From Thermoplasmatota archaeon (lineage in GTDB: Archaea; Thermoplasmatota; Penumbrarchaeia; Penumbrarchaeales; Penumbrarchaeaceae), in assembly GCA_025457865.1 (NCBI GenBank), contig JALOTP010000004.1, positions 7,684 to 71,683 on the forward strand: 64,000 nt of DNA, given 5' to 3'. A program made the position numbers and the translations under genes. Below, one piece after another: positions 37,750-46,851 of this stretch (its first letter is position 1; every line of letters starts with the position of its first letter). The notes under the pieces were generated by a model that made no database searches, was not told where the DNA came from, and saw only the letters and a program-made list of their open reading frames with translations.

Positions 37750-40700
37750 TCAGTCCTCTTCTTCCTCTTCGTCGTCCTCGTCCTCTTCTATCTCCTCGAC
37801 GTCCTCATCATCTTCCTCCTCGTACATCTCGGAGATGTCCTCGTCCTCTTCTTCCTCTTCCACATCTTCCTCGTCGTCCTCGTCCAGGTCCATCTTGTCC
37901 TGGTCCGAGAAGTCGTAGCCGCATTCGGAGCATTCGTCCGCCTCATGGTCCAGCATGGCCCCGCACTTGGGGCACTTGTATGCGGACTCCTCGAACTCCG
38001 CGCCGCAGTGCGGGCAGACGACATCTTCCACGCTTACGACGTTGTGGCACTCGGGGCATTCGAACTCCTCCTTCAGCTCCTCATCTATCTCCTTCTTCCT
38101 GCTCTGTGTGAAGAGATAGACGCCCAGTATGATTATCACGATTATGATGATCGCAAGGACGATCCATATCCATATCAATAGCGCTGGCGTACCATTGTCC
38201 TTCTTCGTGACCTGGAAGTTGAGGGTCTGTTCGTCCAGCAGGGCACCGGTGGTGGGATCTATGGACCTTACCCTGAGCTGGTACTCGCCCTTCTTGAGGT
38301 CACTGACGTTCAGGGATACGACCTTGTCCACTTCAAGAGGGAGCAATGTGAAGTTCACAAGGACCTCCCAATCGCTCGACTGGTCGTTCTTCCTGACCTC
38401 GACTACCATGTTAAGTGGCCTTGCGACCCTGTTCGAGACCTGAAGTGTGAACTTCTTCCCCTCCTCGACCTTGACAGGGAGCTTAAGTTCCGGTATGTCC
38501 TGCGGGTCCAGCCGGCTCTCCTCGGTTGTGAAGACGAAAAGGAAATCCTCCCTTATCAAGGCCCCTTTGGCCCCGTACTGGTCCTTGGGGATGAAGAGCT
38601 CATATTCGGTCTTGATGTCGAAGATGGGGTGACCTATCTCAAGGGTCCTCCCGTTCTGGTCCCATGTGAAGGTGAGGTTCCCCATGGTCGTTGTGTCCAA
38701 CGCCTTCTTCAGGACCAGTTTTGGCTGGAGCTTTGAGGCATCTATGGAGTAGTTGGTGAAGTATATCACCAACGTATCTGTCCTGCTCACATTGTAGTCC
38801 TTTGAGGGCTTGGAGACCAGTACATCTATGGGCTTCAAGGTCGTATTTATCAGGAGCTTCTCGCCGCCAAGGAGTGCTGGCAGCCCGGAAGCGAACTTAA
38901 GCTCCCTCTGTGCCTCGCCGTCGGGATAGAAAGATACTGACAGCTCGTAGGTCCTGTCATATTCAAGGTCGTGCGTAGGGTCGATAATGACCGACCGCTT
39001 GTCCGTGGACAGGGAAATGCCTATGTCCGTGACACCTCTGATGGTGAAGTTCTGCGAGAAGGTCCCAATATCGCTTGACTGGAGCGGGTCATTGAAGCCT
39101 AAGGTGATCGTAGCTCCCAGTTCCATGAGACCTAGGTGGTCCTTGGGATAGAAGACCGTCATCCATCCCGGGACCCTTATCAATTCGAAATCGGTGTTGT
39201 TCACGCTTCCGCCCGCCCTGAGGACCAGTCCTGTTATGTTCGAGGCCGTAAGTCCGTAAGTTGCCCCGTCCACCTCTACGCGGACGTTCAAGATCTCCCT
39301 CTGGGTAAGCCCGATATCGAGTATGTAGAAACCATTGGGGCCGCTGGTCGTGGACCTAAGGAGCATATCTCCCTGATAGGCCCTTACAGGTATGCCTTCC
39401 ACACCCCTTTCCCTGATGGTCACCTTGCCGTTGATGGAGGCAGGGTCAAGTCCCTCGGTCCTCAATTGGACCGTGTAGTCCCTCCAGAAGGGGTTGTTGC
39501 CGAACTGGTCCGCGACACCTTCTTTGATCACCAGGGTATAGTTCGTCGAGTAGGAGAGTTCGATCCTGGGTGTGATGGTCCAGGTGCTCATATCACCTGC
39601 CTCATGTTCTATATCGATAGTGATGGCGGTCTTATCATCCCTTAAGAGCCTGAGATTGTCAGTTGTCATGGTCTGCGGGTCCATATTGATCTTGTTACCG
39701 GCATCATCGAACTCCAATCGGAAGTAGGCCTCAGCGGATATTATGTTCCTTTCCGTCGGGACGAGCTCCTGTGCTGAATCGGTCCAGGCCTTGATGATGA
39801 CGGGGAACTCGTTCTCGATGAGGGTAATATTGACCACAGCGGTGTTCTCCCAGCCAGCAGGTACCGGGTAGGAGGTAAGGACGTAGAAGTGCTCCAGGCT
39901 CAATCTGAACCTGGTGGTCCTCTCCTTGAGAACGTTCTCAAGTATTGCGACACCGGAGGCATCCGTGGTGACGACCTCATTGGTTATCGCATGGGTGATG
40001 TCAACCCCTTCCAGCATCTTTCCCGCCTCATCGGAGATCTTGAAAATGACGGTCCTTGTGGGCCTCTTCTCAACGTACAGGCCGGTCAGGTCCACTATAT
40101 CGCCCCTGTTGACCGTTATACCTGCCTTCCAATTTCCGAAGTACAGGTACTGCTGCTCATCACCGATCGTTGGACCCAGAGCGGTCACATTATGACCCCC
40201 GGTAGTAGGCAGTACGTTCGATAGATTGAACGCCCCGTTCACAAGGAGGATAGGGGGGTTGCCGCCCAATCTCACCATCGAACCTTCGGGGGCCGGGTCC
40301 GTTGTCCCCTTGATGAATATGGTCCCTCTTATGATCGCAGGCCTCTTGTGTGTCGTGAAGGTCGTCGTGAAGGTCCTCCAGAGCGATTCAACCCCGGTCA
40401 CGTTATGCACCCTTGGTGTGACGACCATGGTGTACTGGGTGTTGAACTCAAGGTCGGAAGCGGGCTGAAGGTTCACGTATTGGTCCGTTACGTCCCATTC
40501 GTATGTTACAGGGACCTTGGCACCACCGACCTTCTTAAGGTATACCGTATCCTGGTTCACGCTGCTCCTGTCCATATTATCGAAGAACCTCACGAAGAGG
40601 GAGCTCTTCACCTTGGTCTTGTTGGTCTCGACATCAATAGCCCCATTACTGGGGGAGTATTGGGAGACCAGAGGGTCCTCTACGAGAGTGATCTGATAGT

Positions 40701-41460
40701 TAGATTGGACAGTCCTTCTCAAGGGGAAATAACCGACACCGGTCTCGTCGGCCGTGTTGAAGTGCTCCTTGATGAACCTTACTTTCATAAGGTTGTTCTG
40801 GTCCCTTCCTAGCTGCATGTTCTTGAAAAGGACCACGCCGATACCGTCTGTGACGTTCCCCCTATCAAGGCTGCCTGATATGTTCCATACCGTATTGTAG
40901 AGCGGGTGTTTATCGAAAGAGAAACCAACGCCTGGAAGTGGGTCCCCGGACGAGCCGTTCTTCACTGTGAACATCATATCCCCAATGACACCTGTCAGGT
41001 ACTGCATAGTGTCCGGTGCAAGCTCGTAGTTGGGCGTTACACCCGAATACCAGCTATTGTCAGGGCTGATCGGTATGCTGCCACCATTGGTCCGGTTCCA
41101 ACCGTACCTGTCCGCAAAGCGGAGGATCCACGGCTTAATCGTATCGTGGTTCTGGATATCCACTTCTAGGGTCCACTGGAAGGTTATAGGGTCCCAATCC
41201 CCAGGCTTTGTCCAGAACGGTCCGACAACATTGTTACTGGAGTCACTTCCCTCAGCGGATACGTTCTTTTCACTGTTGAAGTTCCCCACGGTCGCGGCAT
41301 CGAGGTTGGTGATCTTTCCGCTGAAATACCTTGAGACCGCCCTTGAGGGTGGTTCTTCGGCATCGACCGATGGGGCGCCAATGAAAAGAGCACCCATTGA
41401 CGATAACAGCAGTACTAGCATCAGTAGCATGGCATTGAGTCCTGGATTTTTCATCTGCAC
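37750..41460 (-). CDS. Giant surface protein with a C-terminal anchor. Its cytoplasmic tail carries two zinc ribbons and a ~50-residue poly-Asp/Glu run.
   Basis: - Signal peptide: LNAMLLMLVLLLSSMGALFIGAPSVDA.
- Ig-like and carboxypeptidase-regulatory-like modules.
- TM helix LLIWIWIVLAIIIIVIIILGVYLF.
- Tail: ...FECPECHNVVSVEDVVCPHCGAEFEESAYKCPKCGAMLDHEADECSECGYDF...DEDDEEDVEEEEEDEDISEMYEEEDDEDVEEIEEDEDDEEEEED. Confidence 0.75.
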   Translation of the reverse strand: MQMKNPGLNAMLLMLVLLLSSMGALFIGAPSVDAEEPPSRAVSRYFSGKITNLDAATVGNFNSEKNVSAEGSDSSNNVVGPFWTKPGDWDPITFQWTLEVDIQNHDTIKPWILRFADRYGWNRTNGGSIPISPDNSWYSGVTPNYELAPDTMQYLTGVIGDMMFTVKNGSSGDPLPGVGFSFDKHPLYNTVWNISGSLDRGNVTDGIGVVLFKNMQLGRDQNNLMKVRFIKEHFNTADETGVGYFPLRRTVQSNYQITLVEDPLVSQYSPSNGAIDVETNKTKVKSSLFVRFFDNMDRSSVNQDTVYLKKVGGAKVPVTYEWDVTDQYVNLQPASDLEFNTQYTMVVTPRVHNVTGVESLWRTFTTTFTTHKRPAIIRGTIFIKGTTDPAPEGSMVRLGGNPPILLVNGAFNLSNVLPTTGGHNVTALGPTIGDEQQYLYFGNWKAGITVNRGDIVDLTGLYVEKRPTRTVIFKISDEAGKMLEGVDITHAITNEVVTTDASGVAILENVLKERTTRFRLSLEHFYVLTSYPVPAGWENTAVVNITLIENEFPVIIKAWTDSAQELVPTERNIISAEAYFRLEFDDAGNKINMDPQTMTTDNLRLLRDDKTAITIDIEHEAGDMSTWTITPRIELSYSTNYTLVIKEGVADQFGNNPFWRDYTVQLRTEGLDPASINGKVTIRERGVEGIPVRAYQGDMLLRSTTSGPNGFYILDIGLTQREILNVRVEVDGATYGLTASNITGLVLRAGGSVNNTDFELIRVPGWMTVFYPKDHLGLMELGATITLGFNDPLQSSDIGTFSQNFTIRGVTDIGISLSTDKRSVIIDPTHDLEYDRTYELSVSFYPDGEAQRELKFASGLPALLGGEKLLINTTLKPIDVLVSKPSKDYNVSRTDTLVIYFTNYSIDASKLQPKLVLKKALDTTTMGNLTFTWDQNGRTLEIGHPIFDIKTEYELFIPKDQYGAKGALIREDFLFVFTTEESRLDPQDIPELKLPVKVEEGKKFTLQVSNRVARPLNMVVEVRKNDQSSDWEVLVNFTLLPLEVDKVVSLNVSDLKKGEYQLRVRSIDPTTGALLDEQTLNFQVTKKDNGTPALLIWIWIVLAIIIIVIIILGVYLFTQSRKKEIDEELKEEFECPECHNVVSVEDVVCPHCGAEFEESAYKCPKCGAMLDHEADECSECGYDFSDQDKMDLDEDDEEDVEEEEEDEDISEMYEEEDDEDVEEIEEDEDDEEEEED

Positions 41461-41619
41461 ACCTGCCTCTATTGTTCGGAGTGGAAGGACATTGTTCTTC
41501 CAGGACCTATACTGTAAGGAGGCGGTATAAATAATTTATTGGGGAATTCACCCTATTATAGAAAATTATCGTGACTTTTTCACCTTTGAATCCACTTATC
41601 CTTGGAGCCTTACCGCAAT

Positions 41620-41637
41620 GTTCAAATATCTTTGAAC
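41620..41637. promoter_or_regulatory. Palindrome GTTCAAA-TATC-TTTGAAC, 14 nt upstream of the ArsR-like start. Candidate autoregulatory operator overlapping an AT-rich TATA-like stretch.
   Basis: Perfect 7-bp arms read directly from the sequence. Confidence 0.3.
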
Positions 41638-41650
41638 TTATTCAATATTT

Positions 41651-42076
41651 ATGGAACTCGAACAGTCCAGTGATCCAGGTCCAATTGACGCTTCGGTTTT
41701 GAACGGGCTTCTCAAGGAAGGACCCAGAAAAAAGGTGTTATTTCTTCTCTCCCGATCGGGAAAAGATGGAGCAAGCTTCAAGGAGATCGCTCAAGGGACA
41801 GGTATTCCCCCCACTACCCTTGCGTACCATCTCAAGGTGCTATCCTCTTCGTCCCTGATAAAAAGGGGACTGAAGGAGAGGACTGGTAGAAGGGACTATT
41901 CGGCATACGCCCTTACAGATTCGGGACTTGCTTTGATCGAGCTCATCGCATCCTTAATGGGCCTGGGGGCCCCCCAGAAAGGTCCCGAGTTCGGCCCATT
42001 GGAAATGCCAGGACTGCTGGTCACCTATATGACCATAGGGCCGAGATGTCTGGTCATCCCGGGATTGGGGAGGTGA
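41651..42076 (+). CDS. ArsR-like winged-helix transcriptional regulator
   Basis: KKVLFLLSRSGKDGASFKEIAQGTGIPPTTLAYHLKVLSSSSLIKRG is an HTH plus wing pattern. Confidence 0.65.
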   Translation: MELEQSSDPGPIDASVLNGLLKEGPRKKVLFLLSRSGKDGASFKEIAQGTGIPPTTLAYHLKVLSSSSLIKRGLKERTGRRDYSAYALTDSGLALIELIASLMGLGAPQKGPEFGPLEMPGLLVTYMTIGPRCLVIPGLGR

Positions 42077-42082
42077 GGTACA

Positions 42083-42454
42083 ATGGAGAAAGAGAGCACC
42101 GACAAGGGAGAAAAGGAGGAGATGAAGGTCGTAAGGACAGCGGACCACAGGAGCCATTATGCCATAGGTGTCGTCCCGCAGTGGTCAGAGGACGATCTCA
42201 GGCTGCACCTCTACAACGAGGTGATAGAGGGGCAGGGAGGACCATATCACATATCGACCGCCCAACTCATCATACCCAAAGGCGCCCTTCCCAGGTTGAT
42301 AGAGGTCCTTGAGGCCGTTTCCAGGTCCGAAGGCAAAGCAATGGTCCCAAAGGTGGCATCGATCCCAAAGGAACTGGCGTTCATGTCGAAAAAACCATTG
42401 AAGGAGCTTGGGACCGCTGGAAAGAGGAAGGTGATGAAGATCCGCAAAGCTTGA
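42083..42454 (+). CDS. Hypothetical protein (123 aa), probably co-transcribed with the ArsR-like gene
   Basis: The ORF starts 7 nt after the regulator's stop codon. No motif could be assigned confidently. Confidence 0.4.
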   Translation: MEKESTDKGEKEEMKVVRTADHRSHYAIGVVPQWSEDDLRLHLYNEVIEGQGGPYHISTAQLIIPKGALPRLIEVLEAVSRSEGKAMVPKVASIPKELAFMSKKPLKELGTAGKRKVMKIRKA

Positions 42455-42459
42455 ACGTG

Positions 42460-42825
42460 TCACTTTGGGCCAAGCGAGTCCGTTACGGCCTTCCGTATGG
42501 TCTTCAGGTCGGAGGGTTTCTCCAAGAAATGGCCAACACCTAGGGAGAGGACCTCATCCCTGACGGAGTCGTCAGCCGAGAGGAACAGTATCCTCTGTTC
42601 TGGATTGGTGCGCAGTATCTCCTTGGTAAGGTCCAGTCCGGACAATAGCGGCATCCGGTGGTCGATTATGATAAGATCGGGCTTCCTCTCCATTGAATTG
42701 TAATAATTGAGCGCAGCCTCTCCGTTAGGGCTCTGCTCGATGACCCTGTGCCCCATCCCCTCGAGTATCATGGCCATCAATTGCTGGATGGTCGGTTCGT
42801 CATCGACAATGATAATATCGGCCAT
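42460..42825 (-). CDS. Stand-alone response-regulator receiver (CheY-like) protein
   Basis: ADIIIVDDEP...PDLIIIDHRMPLLSGLDLTKEI...ILFLSAD contains the acidic pocket, the phospho-acceptor Asp and the conserved Ser/Lys region. ATG 42825 is preferred over GTG 42834. Confidence 0.8.
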   Translation of the reverse strand: MADIIIVDDEPTIQQLMAMILEGMGHRVIEQSPNGEAALNYYNSMERKPDLIIIDHRMPLLSGLDLTKEILRTNPEQRILFLSADDSVRDEVLSLGVGHFLEKPSDLKTIRKAVTDSLGPK

Positions 42826-42891
42826 GCGGTCCACCGCACCGGTCCAACCGGTACCATGCTTCCAAGTCGGTCTATATAGATAAAGGTATTT

Positions 42892-42923
42892 TTATCATTA
42901 TCAATGATTATCATTATCAATGG
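42892..42923. repeat. Tandem 16-nt direct repeat TTATCATTATCAATG(A/G) x2, between the atpA stop and the response-regulator promoter region
   Basis: 15 of 16 positions are identical between the copies. Each copy contains the small palindrome TCATT-ATC-AATGA. On the minus strand the repeat lies just upstream of a TTTATCTATATA box. Confidence 0.6.
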
Positions 42924-42925
42924 GT

Positions 42926-44701
42926 TCAACGCATGGAGGTGAGCTCCCTGCGGACCTCTTCCCTGATGGAATCGAAGGTCCGCTTGTAGTCCTTGTTGAC
43001 CACCCTTGCCATCCTCGAGATGGAGATCCTGCACCTAGCCTGTCTGAGCCTGTCCACTGAAACTCCCCTTGCGACGGCCTGCTGGCAGAGGTCCCCGAAC
43101 TCGAGCATTATTGTGAGCATGTCGAACTGCTTGTCCTGGGGGCAGAACGAGTCCACAGCATGGAATGCGTTCTGCTGAAGGAAGTCCTCCCTGAGCATCC
43201 TAGTGGTCTCCAGGACCATCTGCTGCGACGGGGGCAGGGCATCTGGACCGACCAGCTGGATGATCTCCTGCAGCTCCGATTCCTGCTGGAGCAGCGCCAT
43301 CGCCTTGTTCCGCCTGTCGAGCCATTCTGGCGACACTTTGTTCCTATACCATTCCTCCACCTTTTCCAGGTAGAGGGAGTAGGATTTCAACCAGTTTATG
43401 GATGGGAAGTGCCTCTTATCCGCCAGGTTGGAATCCAGGGCCCAGAACACCTTGACTATACGGAGCGTGTTCTGGGTGACGGGTTCCGAGAAATCACCTC
43501 CAGGTGGGGATACGGCGCCTATGACCGAGATGGAACCCTTCCTTGTACCTGTGGAAACGCATTCCACGACCCCTGCCCTCTCATAGAAGTTCGCGAGCCT
43601 GCTTGCGAGATAGGCAGGATAACCCTCTTCACCGGGCATCTCCTCCAGCCTGCCAGATATCTCCCTCAATGCCTCAGCCCACCTCGATGTGGAATCGGCC
43701 ATCAGGGCAACGTCGTAGCCCATGTCCCTGTAATATTCGGCCAGGGTGATACCAGTATAGATCGAGGCCTCCCTGGCGGCGACCGGCATGTTGGAAGTGT
43801 TGGCTATGAGGACCGTCCTTGACATGAGAGGCTCCCCTGTCCTCGGGTCCTCCAGATGCGGGAACTCCCTCAGGACATCGGTCATCTCGTTACCCCTCTC
43901 GCCACACCCGATATAGACGATTATGTCGGCATCGCTCCACTTTGCGAGCTGGTGCTGTGTCACTGTCTTTCCTGTCCCGAAACCGCCCGGGATGGCCGCT
44001 GTTCCACCCTTTGCTATAGGGAAGAAGGTATCCAGGATCCTCTGGCCGGTTATCAACGGCACATCGGGGTCGTACTTGACCTTGAACGGCCGGCCTATCC
44101 TTACCGGCCATTTCTGGAGCATGGACAGGCGTCTGGTCCCGTTAGTGGTCCTGATCTCGCAGATGACCTCGTCGATGGTCCTCTCGCTCTCCGGCACCAC
44201 CATGGTCACTATACCCTCCTCACCAGGAGGGACCAGGACCCTGTGCTTGACGGTCGGCGTTTCCTGGACCCAGCCTATGACATCACCGCCGCCTATGTGG
44301 GCCCCTGCTTCGATATCGGGATGGAAGGTCCATCTACGGGCGTGGTCAAGGGGCGGGACCCTTATCCCCCTGGCAATGAAATCACCGCTCTTCTCCATGA
44401 TGGCCTTCAGAGGTCTCTGGATGCCGTCATAGATCATGGACATGAGCCCAGGAGCGAGTTCGACGGAGAGCGGTTCCCCAAGCATAACGACCGTCTCCCC
44501 GGGTGTGATGCCCGCGGTCTCCTCGTAGACCTGGATGGTCGCCGAGTCACCTTCCAGCCCTATGATCTCCCCTATCAGCGCGGAACTGCCGACACTGACC
44601 ACGTCGTACATCTTGGCCCCCCTCATTCCGATGGCCTTGACGACGGGTCCGGCTATCATCTCTATCTTTCCATGTCCAAGTTCGTGCCCTTCAAACCCCA
44701 T
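42926..44701 (-). CDS. atpA: A-type ATP synthase catalytic subunit A
   Basis: P-loop [11 protein letters not shown], plus ...[15 protein letters not shown]...[30 protein letters not shown]... The length of 591 aa indicates no intein. Confidence 0.95.
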   Translation of the reverse strand: MGFEGHELGHGKIEMIAGPVVKAIGMRGAKMYDVVSVGSSALIGEIIGLEGDSATIQVYEETAGITPGETVVMLGEPLSVELAPGLMSMIYDGIQRPLKAIMEKSGDFIARGIRVPPLDHARRWTFHPDIEAGAHIGGGDVIGWVQETPTVKHRVLVPPGEEGIVTMVVPESERTIDEVICEIRTTNGTRRLSMLQKWPVRIGRPFKVKYDPDVPLITGQRILDTFFPIAKGGTAAIPGGFGTGKTVTQHQLAKWSDADIIVYIGCGERGNEMTDVLREFPHLEDPRTGEPLMSRTVLIANTSNMPVAAREASIYTGITLAEYYRDMGYDVALMADSTSRWAEALREISGRLEEMPGEEGYPAYLASRLANFYERAGVVECVSTGTRKGSISVIGAVSPPGGDFSEPVTQNTLRIVKVFWALDSNLADKRHFPSINWLKSYSLYLEKVEEWYRNKVSPEWLDRRNKAMALLQQESELQEIIQLVGPDALPPSQQMVLETTRMLREDFLQQNAFHAVDSFCPQDKQFDMLTIMLEFGDLCQQAVARGVSVDRLRQARCRISISRMARVVNKDYKRTFDSIREEVRRELTSMR

Positions 44702-44770
44702 TCAAAGACCCCCCTCTAACGATAGTGACCTCGCTTGAGGCCCTCAGATGATCGTGATATCGTCCCTCCA

Positions 44771-45106
44771 TCAGGACCGCCCCCCCTTGACAGTTCCATG
44801 GTCTAGGCCCACAGCCCTTCTCATCATCTCCCTGGTCCGCCTGTCCTCCTCTTCACCGGGGAGTACGACCACAACGGGGGTGACCCGTCCAGAGGCCCTC
44901 TTCTCTAGCAGTTCCGCCGAAAGTTGCTCTGCGGCCTGGGAAGATAGCACCATGACCCCCATTCCGGACCTGTTCATGGTCCGGAACCAATCCCTCAGCC
45001 TTGGGGCATCATCTCCCTTGGTCCAGGTCATGACATCCCCAACCCCGGCGAGCTTGAGCCCAAGGGCCGACGAAGCATCAACGGCAGCGCAGATGTTACC
45101 CTTCAA
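44771..45106 (-). CDS. atpF: A-type ATP synthase subunit F
   Basis: ICAAVDASSALGLKLAGVGDV...VVVVLPGE pattern. The start is reassigned to TTG 45106, which has GGAGGA 6 nt upstream and forms a TTGA overlap with the atpC stop. Confidence 0.8.
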   Translation of the reverse strand: MKGNICAAVDASSALGLKLAGVGDVMTWTKGDDAPRLRDWFRTMNRSGMGVMVLSSQAAEQLSAELLEKRASGRVTPVVVVLPGEEEDRRTREMMRRAVGLDHGTVKGGRS

Positions 45107-46209
45107 GGCAGGTCCTCCATTATCAGCATGGACCTGGTCCTCTCCTCTCTCCACAGCCCGAACTTTGAGACATAGAGGGTCCTTAGGTTCTTGAGCTCCA
45201 GCTCCCTGGCTATCAGGAACCTGATGGTCGGGCCGACAGTGGACCAGTATCTCTGTGCCAGCGACCCCGAGGAGGAGAGAAGCATCCTGTCAAGCGCCAT
45301 CTCGATGTCCGGCCCTTTCCTCGGGTCTGTGAGGTCCTTGAAGAAAGGCTCAATGTAGGAGCCAGAGAGCAGGGAGACCGCCTCTTTCCTGGTACTGGCC
45401 TCCGCCATGGTCTCAAGGAGGGGTCTGCCCAGAAACCCAGTGTCGGGCAGCAGCTTCTCCAGGGTCCTCTCCCTGTCAAGACCCGTGGCCAAGGACCTTA
45501 GGATGATATTGAGGTTGTAACGGTCGCATAGGACCCTGTGGAGCTCTGAGACCCCCTTCCGTCCGCTCCCGGAGAGCCCAATGGGAGAGGAGAACGCATC
45601 AAGGGAGAACTTATCCAGAGCAGAATCGACTGCCGGCAGGTCGATATCCCCCCCTTTCAGTTCGGGCGAGACATATGAGTAGCTAGGGTGCACTTCCAGG
45701 ACCTCCAGGAAATTGGCCAGGTCCTTGCTGGCAAGGAGATGCCTTTCGAGCTCTTCCGTCAGCAGGCCGACCGGGTTCAGAGGTTCGTTTCCCTTTCCGA
45801 CCCTCCTTATCAGCCGCTTGAGCTCCTCGGATTCGTACCTTCTGATGAAAGGGACAAGGACAGGTCTTGCGGCCTTGGGGGTCTCCCTGGTGAGGTTCTC
45901 CAAAAAGGCATGGAACGATGAGGTCAGGTCCCTGTCCATCTCCCTTAGGGTAGTGGAGCTTGGCTGCACCGTAAGGTCCCCTTGGACCAATTTGGATAGG
46001 GCCTCGGGGGTCGGTGCTTCGATCAGTGGCTGCAGCTCATCCTTGGCAAGCAACGGGTTCCCTATGGTCGTAAGCCTTGAATTGTGGAACGAGAACTGTC
46101 CGTGCCTGATCAGCCATCTGAGACCGAATATCGTACCACCTGCGACCGATGCGATACCGGCCGCCCCAAGGGCGGCGGTCGTTCCCATGGACATGGCCAC
46201 TTCGAGCAA
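45103..46209 (-). CDS. atpC: A-type ATP synthase subunit C (V-type d homologue)
   Basis: The position between E and F, the ~360-aa all-helical sequence, and the C-terminal ...LARELELKNLRTLYVSK are typical of the AtpC/Vma6 family. Confidence 0.85.
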   Translation of the reverse strand: MLEVAMSMGTTAALGAAGIASVAGGTIFGLRWLIRHGQFSFHNSRLTTIGNPLLAKDELQPLIEAPTPEALSKLVQGDLTVQPSSTTLREMDRDLTSSFHAFLENLTRETPKAARPVLVPFIRRYESEELKRLIRRVGKGNEPLNPVGLLTEELERHLLASKDLANFLEVLEVHPSYSYVSPELKGGDIDLPAVDSALDKFSLDAFSSPIGLSGSGRKGVSELHRVLCDRYNLNIILRSLATGLDRERTLEKLLPDTGFLGRPLLETMAEASTRKEAVSLLSGSYIEPFFKDLTDPRKGPDIEMALDRMLLSSSGSLAQRYWSTVGPTIRFLIARELELKNLRTLYVSKFGLWREERTRSMLIMEDLP

Positions 46210-46221
46210 GCTCTTTGCACC

Positions 46222-46845
46222 TCATTCCTCGAAAAGGGTCCTCGATATCACTTCCCTTATGGATTCCTCGTTCTTTTCCAGGATGCCCTGGAAGGTCATG
46301 TCCATGACCCGGGCCCCATCCAATGAGACCGAAATGAAACCTCCAATGAGGTCGCGGCCATGGAACCTCCTCAGCAGGGGGGGAAGCTCGCTCGCTCCCA
46401 CGATGGTGGTCCCCACCGTTCCCCTGCCGGTGAGCGCACTAGCATCCATTCCCCTGACAGGGTAGATGGTCATGTTCCTGCCAAGGACCTTGTTGGCTGC
46501 ATCAAGGAGGGGTACGAGCCTACGCGCAAGCTCCTCCCCCTCAATGCCTCTTAGCCTGTTCCTGAGCGCTGACATCGTCTCCCAAATGAGCTCCTCCTTG
46601 GCACTGAGGATCACATTCCTTGAACGCCTTCTTCCCTCGGAGATGTACATGTTCCATAAAGCTCTCTTCTCCTTGGCGAGCTTGATCTCCATATCATCCA
46701 TGGTTGCCTTAAGCTCCCTGGTGGAGGCCTCTTTCATCTTGGCTATCTGCACCCTGGCATCGGTCATGTACCTCTCCGATTCCAGGTTCGCCTCCTCCTG
46801 TATCCTCTTCACTATGTCCGGCAAGCTCATCTGAACCACCTCCAA
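46222..46845 (-). CDS. atpE: A-type ATP synthase subunit E (peripheral stalk)
   Basis: N-terminal long helix (IVKRIQEEANLESERYMTDARVQIAKMKEAS...) and a C-terminal globular part. It sits between K and C. Confidence 0.8.
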   Translation of the reverse strand: MEVVQMSLPDIVKRIQEEANLESERYMTDARVQIAKMKEASTRELKATMDDMEIKLAKEKRALWNMYISEGRRRSRNVILSAKEELIWETMSALRNRLRGIEGEELARRLVPLLDAANKVLGRNMTIYPVRGMDASALTGRGTVGTTIVGASELPPLLRRFHGRDLIGGFISVSLDGARVMDMTFQGILEKNEESIREVISRTLFEE

Positions 46846-46851
46846 AACGTT

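Noticed and set aside
37734-38111. A Pro/Arg-rich 125-aa + ORF.
   Set aside because: It is the mirror image of the GAA/GAG/GAC-rich DNA that encodes the poly-acidic tail of the 1236-aa protein. It has no independent start context.
42926-44701. An intein or other insertion in atpA (and likewise atpB).
   Set aside because: The lengths of 591 and 462 aa, and the uninterrupted motif order, match intein-free subunits.
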